Below, in pieces: positions 1 to 9,637 of a stretch of 64,000 bases of DNA. Both the position numbers and the translations under genes were made by a program. The notes below the pieces were generated by a model that ran no database searches, was not told where the DNA came from, and saw only the letters and a list, made by a program, of their open reading frames with translations. The DNA lies in assembly GCA_963768835.1 (NCBI GenBank), contig CAVYJB010000002.1, positions 208,223-272,222 on the forward strand, given 5' to 3'. The stretch comes from an uncultured bacterium (GTDB lineage Bacteria; Patescibacteriota; Minisyncoccia; UBA6257; GWB1-50-10). Positions within the stretch are counted from its first letter, which is position 1. Every line of letters begins with the position of its first letter.

Positions 1-3
1 CAG

Positions 4-3000
4 TTGAATGGGGGTAACTCCGGATCGATGTCATCGTACAACTTCACCCGCAACCTCACTGTGGGCTCGAGGGGGGCCGATGTAACAGCGCTCCAGAACA
101 TCCTTATTTCAAAGGGATTTCTCCACATTACAGCCGCAACTGCCTACTTCGGTCCCGCGACCAAGGCAGCCGTTGCAGCATGGCAGGCGTCCGCTGGGAT
201 CTCCCCGGCAGTCGGTTACGTCGGTCCGTTGAGCCGCGCGGCCTTAAACGCGATGGCTTCTACGGGCGGTAACGGCGGTAATGGAGGTAACGGCGGCAAT
301 GGCGGGAATGGAGGCGTCGTGGCTCCGAGCTCGGGTTTGGCGGTCAGTTTGGCCTCCGATAACCCCGGGCAAGGCTCCTTCATCGGCGGCTCCACGCGCG
401 TCAAAGTGCTTGCTGTGAACTTCACGGCCGGCAACTCGGGCGCGGTGAACATCACCCAGCTCCAGTTCCACAAGTCCGGCGTCCTCTCGGACAGCCAGGT
501 TTCGAACGCCTACCTCATGCAGGGCGGGAAGGTAGTGGCTCAGTACCAATCGATTTCGCAGGGTGTCATCACCTTTGCGGGGTTGAACTTCTCGATTCCG
601 GCGGGGCAGACCTGGGAGTACACGTTGGGCATTGATCCGGCTACGGGCATCACAGCGGGGAACACAGTAAACTTCTCCCTGAATGCTCCGTCTGACGTCA
701 CGGCGACTGACGTGTCCAACAACCCGATTACCGCATCCGGTCCGCTTCCTCTGACGAGCAACATCTTCACCTCGGCAAGTGTCACGAGCCCGTCGCTCGC
801 TTCGCTCGGTTTCACGAACGCAGCGGTCGGCAACTCGGTCTACGCCGGGACGCAGAACGTCCTCGTCTCGCAGTGGACGACGAACGTGCAGAACAGCCCA
901 GTGAACCTTTCTTCGATCAACTTCCGGGTCGTGGGTTCCGCGAACAAGAGCGACATCAAAAATGTGAAGCTCTACATCAACGGCACCCAGGTGGGCAACA
1001 CCCTAACCTCGGTTGATCCGAGCGGGTTGGCTTACTTCGATCTCTCGGCAACGCCGGTGAAGATCTCGACAGGTTCCTCGAACGTGCAGGTCTACGCGGA
1101 CGTCATGGGTTCCCCGAGCTTCAACTTCCAGTTCGAGCTCCTGAACACCTATGACATCTACGCGATCGACACGCAGTACAACGTTCCGGTCGCAATCAGC
1201 ATCACGGGCGGCGCGGGCACAGTGGTGGCCATCAACCAGGGCCAGCTGACCGTCACGCAGTCCAGCGACTCGCCGACCTCGAACGTCGCGAAGGGCCAGA
1301 ACTCTGTAACCCTCGCGAAGTACAAGATCTACGCCGCGGGTGAAGCCGTGCGCGTGAAGTTCTTGACCTTCAACATCGTCTTCGCTACGACCGGCCTTGC
1401 TAATGGGCAGGTTCCTAGCCAGATTAAGAATGTCCAGATCGTAGACGATCAGGGACAGCAGGTAGGTAGCACCATCAACACACCTCCGACCTCCAACACC
1501 TGTGACACCAGCGGTGGGAGCAACAATGGAGCCACAGCAACAGCAGGCACCGGTGGTACCAACACCTACACCGATTGCTTCGGCAACTCGTCGTCCCCAA
1601 TCAACTACGTGATCCCGGCGAACACGACTCGTATCCTCTCCCTCAAAGCGGACATCCAGTCGGCCCCGATCTTCACGACTATCCAGGCCAACCTCAACGG
1701 GAACTACCAAAACCTGCAGGGCTTGACCTCGAGCCAGATTGCGAACACCTCGGCGGTTTCGGGTAACACCCTTACCCTCGCCGCGAACTCGCTCTCGGTC
1801 GGCATCAACACGGCTTATGGTAACCAGACGATGCCGAAGGGTTCTTCGGGACAGCACATTGGTTCCTACCTCCTCACCGCTTCGACAGCTGAGGGCGTGA
1901 ACGTGAGCAACCTGACGATTACGTTGGGTGGCCCCGCTTCTACCTCGACCGCGAACCTCGTGGTGAAGGTGAACGGAACGCAGTTCGGAAGCCAGTACGG
2001 GACGGTGTCGGCCACCGGCTACACCTTCTCGGGCACGCCGTTTATGGTCCCGGCAGGTGGCAGCGTGACGGTAGACGTCTACGCGGACATCCTGTCCTCG
2101 GCGAACGGCGCGTTGGGCACCATCACCACCCTCACGTCCTGTCAGGGCACGGGTGCGGTGTCCTTCTCGGCGGTCTCCTGTAACCCGGCTGGCGTCGGTG
2201 GCCAGGCCCTCACGATTGGCGCAGCGGCTTCGCTCGTCATCGCGGCGGACTCCAACACCCCGGCGGCAAACCAGGTTGTGATGGGTGCGACGCAGGTTCC
2301 GCTTGCGTCTTACCGCTTCACAGAGACCTCGAACGTTGAGTCGGTAAAGATCACGGACTTGCACGTCTTCCAGATGGTGGCGACTTCCACGGCGTCGACC
2401 CAGTCGGCGTTTGGTAACCTCACCTTCTACGACGCGTCGAACAACAACCTCGGCGTGGCAGGTTCCGCAGTCGTCTCGACGAACCCGGCGGCGACCACAA
2501 CCAACCCGTCCGGTCCCGGATACCTCTACTCGTTCCACTTTGTGAACCCTGTAGTGGTGCCGGCCGGCAACTCGGCTGTGATCACCCTGAAGGGCGATGT
2601 GTCGACGTACGGATCGCACGGTGCGACCGACAACACGACCTCAACCTTTATCGTCGCGACCTCGACCGACGTGGGCAACCAGACCGTGGCGCAGATGATC
2701 ACGGCGCTGGGACAGACCTCGAATGCGACGGCGAACACCTCGTTCTCGTCGGGTAACCAGGCGAACGGTAACGTGATGACCGTCCTCCGCAGCAACCTCG
2801 CGGTTACGGCGGCAGCGATGGGCGCAAGCGTGAACCGCTCCAAGGCGACCAACGACGACATCGGGTCCCTCACCTTCACGGCAAACGCGAAGGGTTCAGT
2901 GGCCCTGAACAAGGTGACTGTCACCTTCGGTGGTTCCGCTCCGTCCTCGACGAACTTCACGGCGGCGGCGGGCAACTTGATTCTCTTCGACCCCTCGACG

Positions 3001-3336
3001 GGCCTTGCGGCGGCGGGCTACACGCTTGCCACCTCGACGGCTTGTAACTCTGCGAACACCTGTTCGGCTGTGTTTACCTTCGGTAGCAGCACGAATGGGT
3101 ACCAGATCTCGGCGGGTACGGCGAAGACCTTCACGGTGCGTATTGCCAACGAGAACTCGAACATGCTGACGGGTGCCAATGGTGTGACGGAATCTCTCTC
3201 CGCGACCATCCAGAACGTGGGTGATGTAACATTCACCGACGGCTTGGATTCGACCGCGGTAGCGAACATTGCCGTCCCCGTGACCAACCCGGTTCCGCTG
3301 ACGATCAACTCGATCGGCTTCACGCAGGGTCAGTAG
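4..3336 (+). CDS. Giant Ser/Thr/Asn-rich surface protein with N-terminal peptidoglycan-binding (PG_binding_1-like) domain and a (GGN)n linker; 5' end probably lies upstream of the window
   Basis: The ORF runs in frame from position 1 (frame 1 is open from the first base); the track ORF begins at a TTG. The N-terminus 'RGADVTALQNILISKGFL...YFGPATKAAVAAWQ' matches the PG_binding_1 pattern. It is followed by a GGNGGNGGNGGNGG run and about 1000 aa of low-complexity T/S/N/G/V-rich sequence typical of beta-rich cell-surface proteins. The antisense 538-aa Arg-rich ORF is a GC artefact. Confidence 0.6.
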   Translation: MNGGNSGSMSSYNFTRNLTVGSRGADVTALQNILISKGFLHITAATAYFGPATKAAVAAWQASAGISPAVGYVGPLSRAALNAMASTGGNGGNGGNGGNGGNGGVVAPSSGLAVSLASDNPGQGSFIGGSTRVKVLAVNFTAGNSGAVNITQLQFHKSGVLSDSQVSNAYLMQGGKVVAQYQSISQGVITFAGLNFSIPAGQTWEYTLGIDPATGITAGNTVNFSLNAPSDVTATDVSNNPITASGPLPLTSNIFTSASVTSPSLASLGFTNAAVGNSVYAGTQNVLVSQWTTNVQNSPVNLSSINFRVVGSANKSDIKNVKLYINGTQVGNTLTSVDPSGLAYFDLSATPVKISTGSSNVQVYADVMGSPSFNFQFELLNTYDIYAIDTQYNVPVAISITGGAGTVVAINQGQLTVTQSSDSPTSNVAKGQNSVTLAKYKIYAAGEAVRVKFLTFNIVFATTGLANGQVPSQIKNVQIVDDQGQQVGSTINTPPTSNTCDTSGGSNNGATATAGTGGTNTYTDCFGNSSSPINYVIPANTTRILSLKADIQSAPIFTTIQANLNGNYQNLQGLTSSQIANTSAVSGNTLTLAANSLSVGINTAYGNQTMPKGSSGQHIGSYLLTASTAEGVNVSNLTITLGGPASTSTANLVVKVNGTQFGSQYGTVSATGYTFSGTPFMVPAGGSVTVDVYADILSSANGALGTITTLTSCQGTGAVSFSAVSCNPAGVGGQALTIGAAASLVIAADSNTPAANQVVMGATQVPLASYRFTETSNVESVKITDLHVFQMVATSTASTQSAFGNLTFYDASNNNLGVAGSAVVSTNPAATTTNPSGPGYLYSFHFVNPVVVPAGNSAVITLKGDVSTYGSHGATDNTTSTFIVATSTDVGNQTVAQMITALGQTSNATANTSFSSGNQANGNVMTVLRSNLAVTAAAMGASVNRSKATNDDIGSLTFTANAKGSVALNKVTVTFGGSAPSSTNFTAAAGNLILFDPSTGLAAAGYTLATSTACNSANTCSAVFTFGSSTNGYQISAGTAKTFTVRIANENSNMLTGANGVTESLSATIQNVGDVTFTDGLDSTAVANIAVPVTNPVPLTINSIGFTQGQ

Positions 3337-3381
3337 TCCGGACCGATTGTCCTAGGTTTTCTGGTAGCGTAAACCAGACTT

Positions 3382-3415
3382 CCAGCCCCTCCTTCGGGAG
3401 GGGCTGGTCGTTTTT
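3382..3415 (+). terminator. Rho-independent terminator after the giant surface protein gene
   Basis: Stem ccagcccctcc / ggaggggctgg with ttcg loop, followed by tcgttttt. Confidence 0.6.
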
Positions 3416-3458
3416 AGAGGGAGGAGGCCCTGCCTGGAGCGAGAATTGAGTTTTTAAA

Positions 3459-4853
3459 ATGGGTAGGGTACACTGGAGGAGCGTTTTTCTTATGCCCCAC
3501 TGGTTCAAGCTTTCGAAATTTTTCCTCATTGTAGCAATCGTGAACGTGGTCATCGTCACGACCTCGACGCTCTTCCCGTTCATTGTCGGGAAGTATGCGT
3601 GGTTTCGGACGAGCGTGGACCTCGCTCTCATCACATTTCTCCTCGGGGTTCTCATGGGGGGCGTAGAGGCCACCGATATTCTCGCGCGGCTGAAGCGCAT
3701 TGCGCGCTCGCCCCTCGCTATCGCCGTCACGGTCTTCGTGGCGATGTTTTTGCTTGCTTGCCTCTTCGGCGTCGACCCCCACAACTCTTTCTGGTCCAAC
3801 TTTGAACGGGGCGAGGGTGGATTCCAGGTGCTCCACCTATGGATTTTCTTTGCGCTTCTTGTGGCGCTTTTCCGCACGGACCGCGATTGGTGGAAAGCGT
3901 TCGGGTGGTTCATGGGGGCCGGGATCGTAATGGCGCTCTATGGCATTGGGGCGGGGTTCCAGTGGCAAGGGTTTATCGGTATTCCATTCACGCAGCCTTC
4001 CTACCGCCTCCAAGGCACTATAGGAAACCCAGCTTATGTGGCAACTTACCTTCTCTTTCTCCTGGCATACACTATCTATTTTTTCCTTGATGCGTACCGC
4101 AAACGCCCTCGCGCCGGCGGCGCCATTGCCATCATCGCGTCTTTTGTCGTTCTTCTCGCAGCCTTCTATTTTGCGGCGACTCGTGGGGCTTTCGTAGGAC
4201 TTATCGTGGCGGCCCTCGCATTCCTTGCATACTTTGCATACAGCCATAAAGCATGGCGCAAGTGGCTTATCGCTATCGGCGTGGCCATGGTGGCACTTGT
4301 GATACTCGGGGTGAGCCTCAAAAACAATCCGATAATGCAGAAGATTCCTGGCTCGCGCATCTTCGACCTCTCGTTCACCACGCAGACGTTCCATGATCGC
4401 ACTGTGATTTGGAAGATGGCGTGGGACGGTTTCCTGGCGCGCCCCGTCTTCGGCTGGGGTCCCGAGAACTTTATCAAGGTCTTCGACACGCATTTCAATA
4501 TTGTTTACTTCACGCCCCCGGGTGCGTTCGGGGCCTGGTTCGATCGGGCGCACAGCCTTATCTTTGATTACCTCGCAGAAACAGGCATTATCGGGTTCTT
4601 GAGCTTCGCAGCCGTCTTTGTTGTCTTTTTCCTTGCATTTATCAAGGCGCGGCGACCTGGCTCCGGGGCAGTCCTCGCAGAGAAACCAATCGTTCTCCAA
4701 GCGCTCGTTTTTGCAGTCCCGTTCGCGTACCTCACGCAGGGGCTCGTACTTTTCGATGTGCTGCCCACCTACACAAATGTCTTTTTCTTCCTCGCTCTCG
4801 CGACCTATCTTTTCGCGCGCGGAAACCACACGGAGCATAAACCCCAGTCATGA
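3459..4853 (+). CDS. Wzy_C-family polytopic membrane protein (O-antigen ligase/polymerase or O-oligosaccharyltransferase-like)
   Basis: About 10 or more predicted TM helices. Contains the Wzy_C signature 'AHSLIFDYLAETGIIGF' (H-x-x-x-x-x-YL-x-ETG-x-x-G), which is conserved in WaaL, Wzy and PglL-type enzymes. Confidence 0.6.
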   Translation: MGRVHWRSVFLMPHWFKLSKFFLIVAIVNVVIVTTSTLFPFIVGKYAWFRTSVDLALITFLLGVLMGGVEATDILARLKRIARSPLAIAVTVFVAMFLLACLFGVDPHNSFWSNFERGEGGFQVLHLWIFFALLVALFRTDRDWWKAFGWFMGAGIVMALYGIGAGFQWQGFIGIPFTQPSYRLQGTIGNPAYVATYLLFLLAYTIYFFLDAYRKRPRAGGAIAIIASFVVLLAAFYFAATRGAFVGLIVAALAFLAYFAYSHKAWRKWLIAIGVAMVALVILGVSLKNNPIMQKIPGSRIFDLSFTTQTFHDRTVIWKMAWDGFLARPVFGWGPENFIKVFDTHFNIVYFTPPGAFGAWFDRAHSLIFDYLAETGIIGFLSFAAVFVVFFLAFIKARRPGSGAVLAEKPIVLQALVFAVPFAYLTQGLVLFDVLPTYTNVFFFLALATYLFARGNHTEHKPQS

Positions 4854-5515
4854 CGCAGGAGACCACGACAAACGACAAACACCCGCTTCTCCGGTACTTC
4901 GTCTGTACCGCGGGCATCATTCTCGCGTTCCTTGGCATCGTCTACGGTTCCTTCCTGCCGTTCACGCGATCACAGCGTTTCATTCAGGCCTTGAATGCTT
5001 TGGGTGGTGGACAGATCAAGTCGTTCCAGGATTTCCAAACCACCTTCGATGGAGTCTTCAACTATTATGCTCCGGTGGGCAATGAAGAGGTGGCAAAGTT
5101 TCTCGCAGGTGACGTGATGCAGCTCGTAAGTCAACCTGGGCAGCCGGAGGCCATCGCGCGCATGGTGGTGCAATATATCGAACCGCACATGTTCAAGAAC
5201 GATGTGCGACACCTCCTCTCCCTCGGACAGATGTATTACACGCTCTGGAAGAACTATGGGAAATCCTCAGATTATGTCACGGCGGAAGGATACTACCTTA
5301 AAGCTCTCGCAATCGGCCCCAAACTCCCACCAGTTCTCTACAGCCTCCTTTCGATCTATGCCGAAGCAGGACAAATCGCAAAGGTGAAAGCGGTGGCCGA
5401 AACCATTCTCACGTACTGGCCGCAAGATACGAGTGTGCAGCAAGCGCTCGCTGCCGCGAACGTGGCACTGGCGAGTTCCACAGCTACCTCAACGTCCGCT
5501 CAAAAGCACAAGTAA
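4850..5515 (+). CDS. Hypothetical membrane-anchored protein (N-terminal TM, helical/TPR-like C-terminal part)
   Basis: ATGA start/stop overlap with the upstream gene suggests translational coupling. There is a single N-terminal hydrophobic helix. No recognisable catalytic motif. Confidence 0.4.
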   Translation: MTQETTTNDKHPLLRYFVCTAGIILAFLGIVYGSFLPFTRSQRFIQALNALGGGQIKSFQDFQTTFDGVFNYYAPVGNEEVAKFLAGDVMQLVSQPGQPEAIARMVVQYIEPHMFKNDVRHLLSLGQMYYTLWKNYGKSSDYVTAEGYYLKALAIGPKLPPVLYSLLSIYAEAGQIAKVKAVAETILTYWPQDTSVQQALAAANVALASSTATSTSAQKHK

Positions 5516-5528
5516 GGGGCAAGTAGGA

Positions 5529-5568
5529 ATAGCGCGTTTGCCAACGGACGGCAAACGCGCTATTTTTA
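5529..5568 (+). terminator. Rho-independent terminator
   Basis: Perfect 12-bp stem agcgcgtttgcc / ggcaaacgcgct with aacggac loop, followed by atttttatt. Confidence 0.6.
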
Positions 5569-5621
5569 TTCGAGTATTTTCATATAAAAAAACATCCATT
5601 CACGAATAAGAGAGGGACGAT

Positions 5622-7397
5622 ATGGCGGCGAAAAAGCGGGTGATTCTCGTGGGTCGCTACCACATCATCGAGCCCTTGGGGATTCTGTATCTTCTAGGGG
5701 TCGCAAAGCGGTTGGATTGGGATACGCAGGTGGTGCTTGTGAGCGCGTTTGATTTCGGACCTTTGTTCGAGGAGATCCGTCGCGCAAAACCGGACATCGT
5801 TGGGTTCTCGATCTGGACAGGGTATCATCTGCCCATGTTCGAGGCTTGCGATAAGGTTCGCGCGCTCGGAATCTCCGTTATCATCGGAGGTCCGCACGCG
5901 ACATTCGCCACCGAGCAGTGCGCGGAACATGCCACATGGGTCGTAAAAGGGGAGGGGTTCCGGAATTTCAGGAGGATTCTTGAGGGCGAACTTGAGCCGG
6001 GGGTCCATTTCGACGACGTGCGTATGGCAGAAGGCTTCCCGATGCCGGACCGCGCGCTCGTGTATCGCACCTACCCCGCACTGGGGTTGAATCCCATCAA
6101 GAGCATCATCGCTTCTGTGGGATGCCCCTTCAAGTGCAGCTACTGCTACGCTCCGCACTACAACGATTTGTACGGCGGATTTCTTCTCACGCTCCGGCCC
6201 ATCGACCAGATCATCGAAGAAGCCATCATTATGCGAGACCGTTGGGCGCCTCGGATGGTCTATTTCCAGGACGATATCTTCGGCTTTAACATTCCGTGGC
6301 TTCGAGAGTTCTCGAAGCGGTGGAGAGACGAAGTCGGGATTCCCTGGCATTGCCAAATACGCCTGGAGCTTACCCGCGACGAGGAACGGTTAGACCTGTT
6401 CCGTGAAGCGGGTTGTACCGGCATCACACTTGCCATTGAGTCTGGGAACGCATTCCTCCGGGAGTTCGTCCTTCTCCGGCCGATGCCCGACAACCTTATT
6501 GTGGAGGGTATCCAGCGGATTCGGGCCCGCGGTTTCACGCTGCGGACCGAGCAGATCCTGCAGGTGCCCTTCAGCAATCGTCGGACGGATCTTCAGACGC
6601 TCGAGCTCAATAATCGATTGAATCCCGAGATCGCCTGGACCTCCATCCTTTCGCCGTACGGAGGGACGAATATGGGACGCATCGCGAAGCAGTTCGGATT
6701 CTTTGACGCGAACAATGACGCGTTGCAGGATACGTTCTTCAACCGAAGCGTTCTGCGTCACGTTCGGGACGGCATCGAGACTTTGGAGCCGGTAGTCGCG
6801 AAGGCGCTCCAGGGGAAGGGTGACAACCCATTGCTCCGAATGCGCGTGGAGCCTAACGGTCGGAACAAGGCGCAGGTGTATCTTATGCGCCACGACCCCA
6901 CGGCCCGCGAGGAGCCGGTATGCGAGCTCAAATTCCTTTCTCAAAAAGAGAACGAGCGTTATCGGGATGAGGGAGTCGTGCTCCAACGGCTTTTCGACTG
7001 GTTCTCCCGCGTTCCCAAAGGTTCTGAACTTGCGGAACGGTTCCTTGAGCTTCCTTCGGAAGCGTGGAGCTGGGAGAGGCTGGGGCGGATGACCGAGAAG
7101 CATCTCGGGGACCTCGGCTATGGGGAGCGGATGCGGGATTGGAAGCTTCAACTCGCGCATGAGCTCGGGGTCACACCCGATGCGTTGCCGCGGGGGGTTG
7201 CTGAGAATCCCTTCTACTTCTGCTTTTTCCCATCGGCGGCGGGGTTTGCGCGGACGGTCATCGCGCGGCACGCCTTCGAGCAATCGTCGTTCGAAGCGGA
7301 ACTCTCCATTCTCGGGCGGGAAGTTCGGTACTGGCTCTATGATCATGCGCTCTATCGGATTGAGGGCGCGGAGGAACCTATCACCGTGGATGCATGA
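5622..7397 (+). CDS. B12-binding radical SAM protein (class B radical SAM, methyltransferase-like)
   Basis: CxxxCxxC motif 'CPFKCSYC' preceded by an N-terminal Rossmann-like region of the kind seen in B12-binding radical SAM enzymes. RBS agagggA lies upstream of the ATG, and an AT-rich promoter-like stretch precedes it. Confidence 0.65.
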   Translation: MAAKKRVILVGRYHIIEPLGILYLLGVAKRLDWDTQVVLVSAFDFGPLFEEIRRAKPDIVGFSIWTGYHLPMFEACDKVRALGISVIIGGPHATFATEQCAEHATWVVKGEGFRNFRRILEGELEPGVHFDDVRMAEGFPMPDRALVYRTYPALGLNPIKSIIASVGCPFKCSYCYAPHYNDLYGGFLLTLRPIDQIIEEAIIMRDRWAPRMVYFQDDIFGFNIPWLREFSKRWRDEVGIPWHCQIRLELTRDEERLDLFREAGCTGITLAIESGNAFLREFVLLRPMPDNLIVEGIQRIRARGFTLRTEQILQVPFSNRRTDLQTLELNNRLNPEIAWTSILSPYGGTNMGRIAKQFGFFDANNDALQDTFFNRSVLRHVRDGIETLEPVVAKALQGKGDNPLLRMRVEPNGRNKAQVYLMRHDPTAREEPVCELKFLSQKENERYRDEGVVLQRLFDWFSRVPKGSELAERFLELPSEAWSWERLGRMTEKHLGDLGYGERMRDWKLQLAHELGVTPDALPRGVAENPFYFCFFPSAAGFARTVIARHAFEQSSFEAELSILGREVRYWLYDHALYRIEGAEEPITVDA

Positions 7398-7410
7398 TGG
7401 ATCGGATACC

Positions 7411-7445
7411 AAGTGGCCTGCAGGATATTCTGCAGGCCACTTTTT
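7411..7445 (+). terminator. Rho-independent terminator after the radical SAM gene
   Basis: Perfect 13-bp inverted repeat aagtggcctgcag ... ctgcaggccactt with a 6-nt loop, followed by ttttt. It lies inside the 5' extension of track ORF 7413..8711, so the downstream gene must start later. Confidence 0.7.
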
Positions 7446-7484
7446 GTAATACCATCGACCACTTGGTATAGTTGGAGGAACGAT

Positions 7485-8711
7485 ATGCGGCCGAATGCGC
7501 TCCAACGGATTGAGTTGGCGGTGGTCCGCGGTTACACCGCGTTTCTGAACGCGCTCCTCTCCGCGCTCGAGAAACTGCTTTTTAGACCCCTTACCGCGGA
7601 ACCCAAGAATATCCTCATCTTTAAGGGGGGGAATATTGGGGATATCGTTTGTGCTATCCCGCTTTTCATCGCTATCCGGCGGACCTATCCCAAAGCGCAC
7701 ATCACGCTTATGACCTCGCCGGGCATGCGCGGTATCCCCGGCGCACCCGAACTTCTTACGGGCGCATGGTTTTTGGATGCCATCGAGGTCTACGATTCTA
7801 AGGACATCGATTCATGGGTGAAGCTTCGGCGGTTTGGGGAACGTATCCAGAAGAGGGGATACGACCTCTTCATCCATGTTCCTGTCCATGACTGGATGAA
7901 GTTTCGTACGTTCGTGCGGAACATGCTTTTCATTCGTCTCATGGGCTTCCGGCACGCATTCGGGTTCCGCGTCCGCACCGTCATTCGTCTTTTTCGCAAG
8001 ACACAACTTGATTACACATTCGAAACCAAAGAAGTGGAATCGCTCCTCGAGCTTTTTCGGAAGAACGGCATCCGCGCGGACCGCGTTGAGTTTGATTTTC
8101 CAGTTTCTGCTGCGGATGAAATTCAGGTAGAAGAACTCTTGAAAAAACAATGGCCAGACTTCGAGAAATGGAGTGCGGCCGGTGGGTTGCTCGTCGGTCT
8201 CCACGACGGGAGCAAACGGAAAGAAAAACAGTGGCCGCCAGAACGATTCGGGGAGATGGGGCGCTACCTAGAAAACGCCCACCACGCACGGTTTGTTATT
8301 CTCGGAGGTCCGGCAGATCGAGTGGAAGCGGCGGCTATAAAAGGTTTTCTTGCTTCTCCGGAAGATGCTCTGATCGTGGCAGGCGAACTTTCCATTCTCG
8401 AGGTGGTAGCTCTCCTGCGTCGCGTAAGCTTCCTCCTTTGTATTGACAGCGGAATGATGCACATCGCGGGAGCTCTCGGGAAGCCGACGGTGGGGCTTTT
8501 CTCCATCCTCGGCGTCCTTGGAAGATGGCATCCATATGGTGATAATCACGAAGGGCTTTTCCATCGTTTTTTGAAGTGTAATTACCATACTGTGGAATGC
8601 GTGCGAGAGAGTATGGAGGCCATTACGGTTCCTGAGGTTAAGGCTGCTTGCGACCGCGTGATCCGGCGGCTGCACGAAAACAAAGGACGGACGAAGAAGA
8701 ACCATGAATAG
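7485..8711 (+). CDS. Glycosyltransferase family 9 (ADP-heptose:LPS heptosyltransferase-like)
   Basis: GT9 pattern 'ILIFKGGNIGDIVCAIPLF' and C-terminal 'GGPADR...IDSGMMHIAGALGKPTVGLF'. Start chosen at ATG 7485, which has GGAGG 7 nt upstream and lies downstream of the terminator. Confidence 0.6.
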   Translation: MRPNALQRIELAVVRGYTAFLNALLSALEKLLFRPLTAEPKNILIFKGGNIGDIVCAIPLFIAIRRTYPKAHITLMTSPGMRGIPGAPELLTGAWFLDAIEVYDSKDIDSWVKLRRFGERIQKRGYDLFIHVPVHDWMKFRTFVRNMLFIRLMGFRHAFGFRVRTVIRLFRKTQLDYTFETKEVESLLELFRKNGIRADRVEFDFPVSAADEIQVEELLKKQWPDFEKWSAAGGLLVGLHDGSKRKEKQWPPERFGEMGRYLENAHHARFVILGGPADRVEAAAIKGFLASPEDALIVAGELSILEVVALLRRVSFLLCIDSGMMHIAGALGKPTVGLFSILGVLGRWHPYGDNHEGLFHRFLKCNYHTVECVRESMEAITVPEVKAACDRVIRRLHENKGRTKKNHE

Positions 8712-9630
8712 TTTTAAAGATAACATTCCGGAACCGTTCACAGGTCCTGCGACAGTTCCCGATTCGGAGGCAGAGCGACACATGCTCCAGGAAGCCAATC
8801 GAAGTTTCTGGGAGAAACACCCAATGCGTTATGACTGGAAGGAGCGTGTTGCCTATCCCGAATTCAGCCGAAAGTTCTTTGAGGAGATTGATCGACGTTT
8901 CTTTGAGGACTCGCGCGAGTACGCGCCATGGAGGGAGGTTCCATTCGAACGATTTATCGATTTCGCGGCACTCCCTCACATGGATGTTCTCGAGATTGGG
9001 GTCGGGAATGGGAGCCACGCGGGGCTTCTCGCCGCGCGCGCGAAGTCTTTTACCGGTATCGATCTTACTGGCTACTCCGTGCGGGCCGTCACGGAGCGGT
9101 TCAAGGTTTTCGGTCTGCGCGGGAAGATTCTTCAGATGGACGCCGAAAGGTTGGAATTCCCGGATGCGAGCTTCGATTTTGTCTGGAGCTGGGGCGTCAT
9201 TCACCATTCCTCGAACACGCCCCGGATTCTCCGGGAAATCCGCCGCGTGCTTCGGCCAGGCGGCACCGCCGCTATCATGGTTTATCACCGCGGATGGTGG
9301 AACTACTATGTGGTTGGGTTCCTCCGAGGCATTGTATCAGGGACGCTCTTGCAGACGAGGTCGCTTCACACGAGCATCCAGCTCCAGACTGACGGTGCCA
9401 TTGCGCGTTACTACTCGAAGCGTGACTGGCGGGCGCTCGCGCAATCAATAGGTTTTGGGTGTCGGCAGACAGGCATTTTCGGTCCTAAATCCGATGTGCT
9501 ACCACTTCCAGCTAGCGCTTTTAAGAACGTATTGCGGAGGGTTCTACCAGACTTCTTCTCGCGCTTTCTTACACACACCCTTAGCATGGGAGGCTTTCTT
9601 GTATCCGAGCTCTCCACCCCTCTTCGCTAA
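8704..9630 (+). CDS. Class I SAM-dependent methyltransferase (Methyltransf_11-like)
   Basis: Motif I 'VLEIGVGNGSHAG' and post-motif 'DASFDFVWSWGVIHH'. Paralogous to 28041..28823. Confidence 0.65.
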   Translation: MNSFKDNIPEPFTGPATVPDSEAERHMLQEANRSFWEKHPMRYDWKERVAYPEFSRKFFEEIDRRFFEDSREYAPWREVPFERFIDFAALPHMDVLEIGVGNGSHAGLLAARAKSFTGIDLTGYSVRAVTERFKVFGLRGKILQMDAERLEFPDASFDFVWSWGVIHHSSNTPRILREIRRVLRPGGTAAIMVYHRGWWNYYVVGFLRGIVSGTLLQTRSLHTSIQLQTDGAIARYYSKRDWRALAQSIGFGCRQTGIFGPKSDVLPLPASAFKNVLRRVLPDFFSRFLTHTLSMGGFLVSELSTPLR

Positions 9631-9637
9631 CCATTCC

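Noticed and set aside
243-310. ggtaacggcggtaatggaggtaacggcggcaatggcgggaatgga periodic repeat, considered as a CRISPR-like or other array
   Set aside because: It has a 9-nt period and encodes a (GGN)n linker inside an ORF. There are no spacers and no leader, so it is a coding microsatellite and not CRISPR.
1003-2619. 538-aa minus-strand ORF, Arg/Gly/Val-rich, inside the giant surface protein gene
   Set aside because: It lies antisense to a strongly supported coding frame in high-GC DNA. The composition (RRGVGVRRDD...) is typical of a spurious GC-driven ORF with no motif.
3320-4838. Minus-strand ORFs of 197, 140 and 333 aa overlapping the Wzy_C gene and upstream terminator
   Set aside because: The + strand encodes a coherent 10+ TM protein with the Wzy_C signature. 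The minus-strand translations are charged, low-complexity sequences.
7413-7484. 5' extension of the GT9 ORF back to 7413 (the track start)
   Set aside because: The extension runs through a perfect 13-bp hairpin terminator. A better start with GGAGG exists at 7485.
6390-7700. 436-aa minus-strand ORF overlapping the radical SAM and GT9 genes
   Set aside because: It spans a strong + strand terminator and two well-supported + strand genes. There is no motif, so it is treated as an artefact.
9455-9637. 5' extension of the FkbM ORF overlapping the upstream methyltransferase by about 180 nt
   Set aside because: The overlap is implausible. An in-frame ATG at 9638 directly follows the upstream stop.
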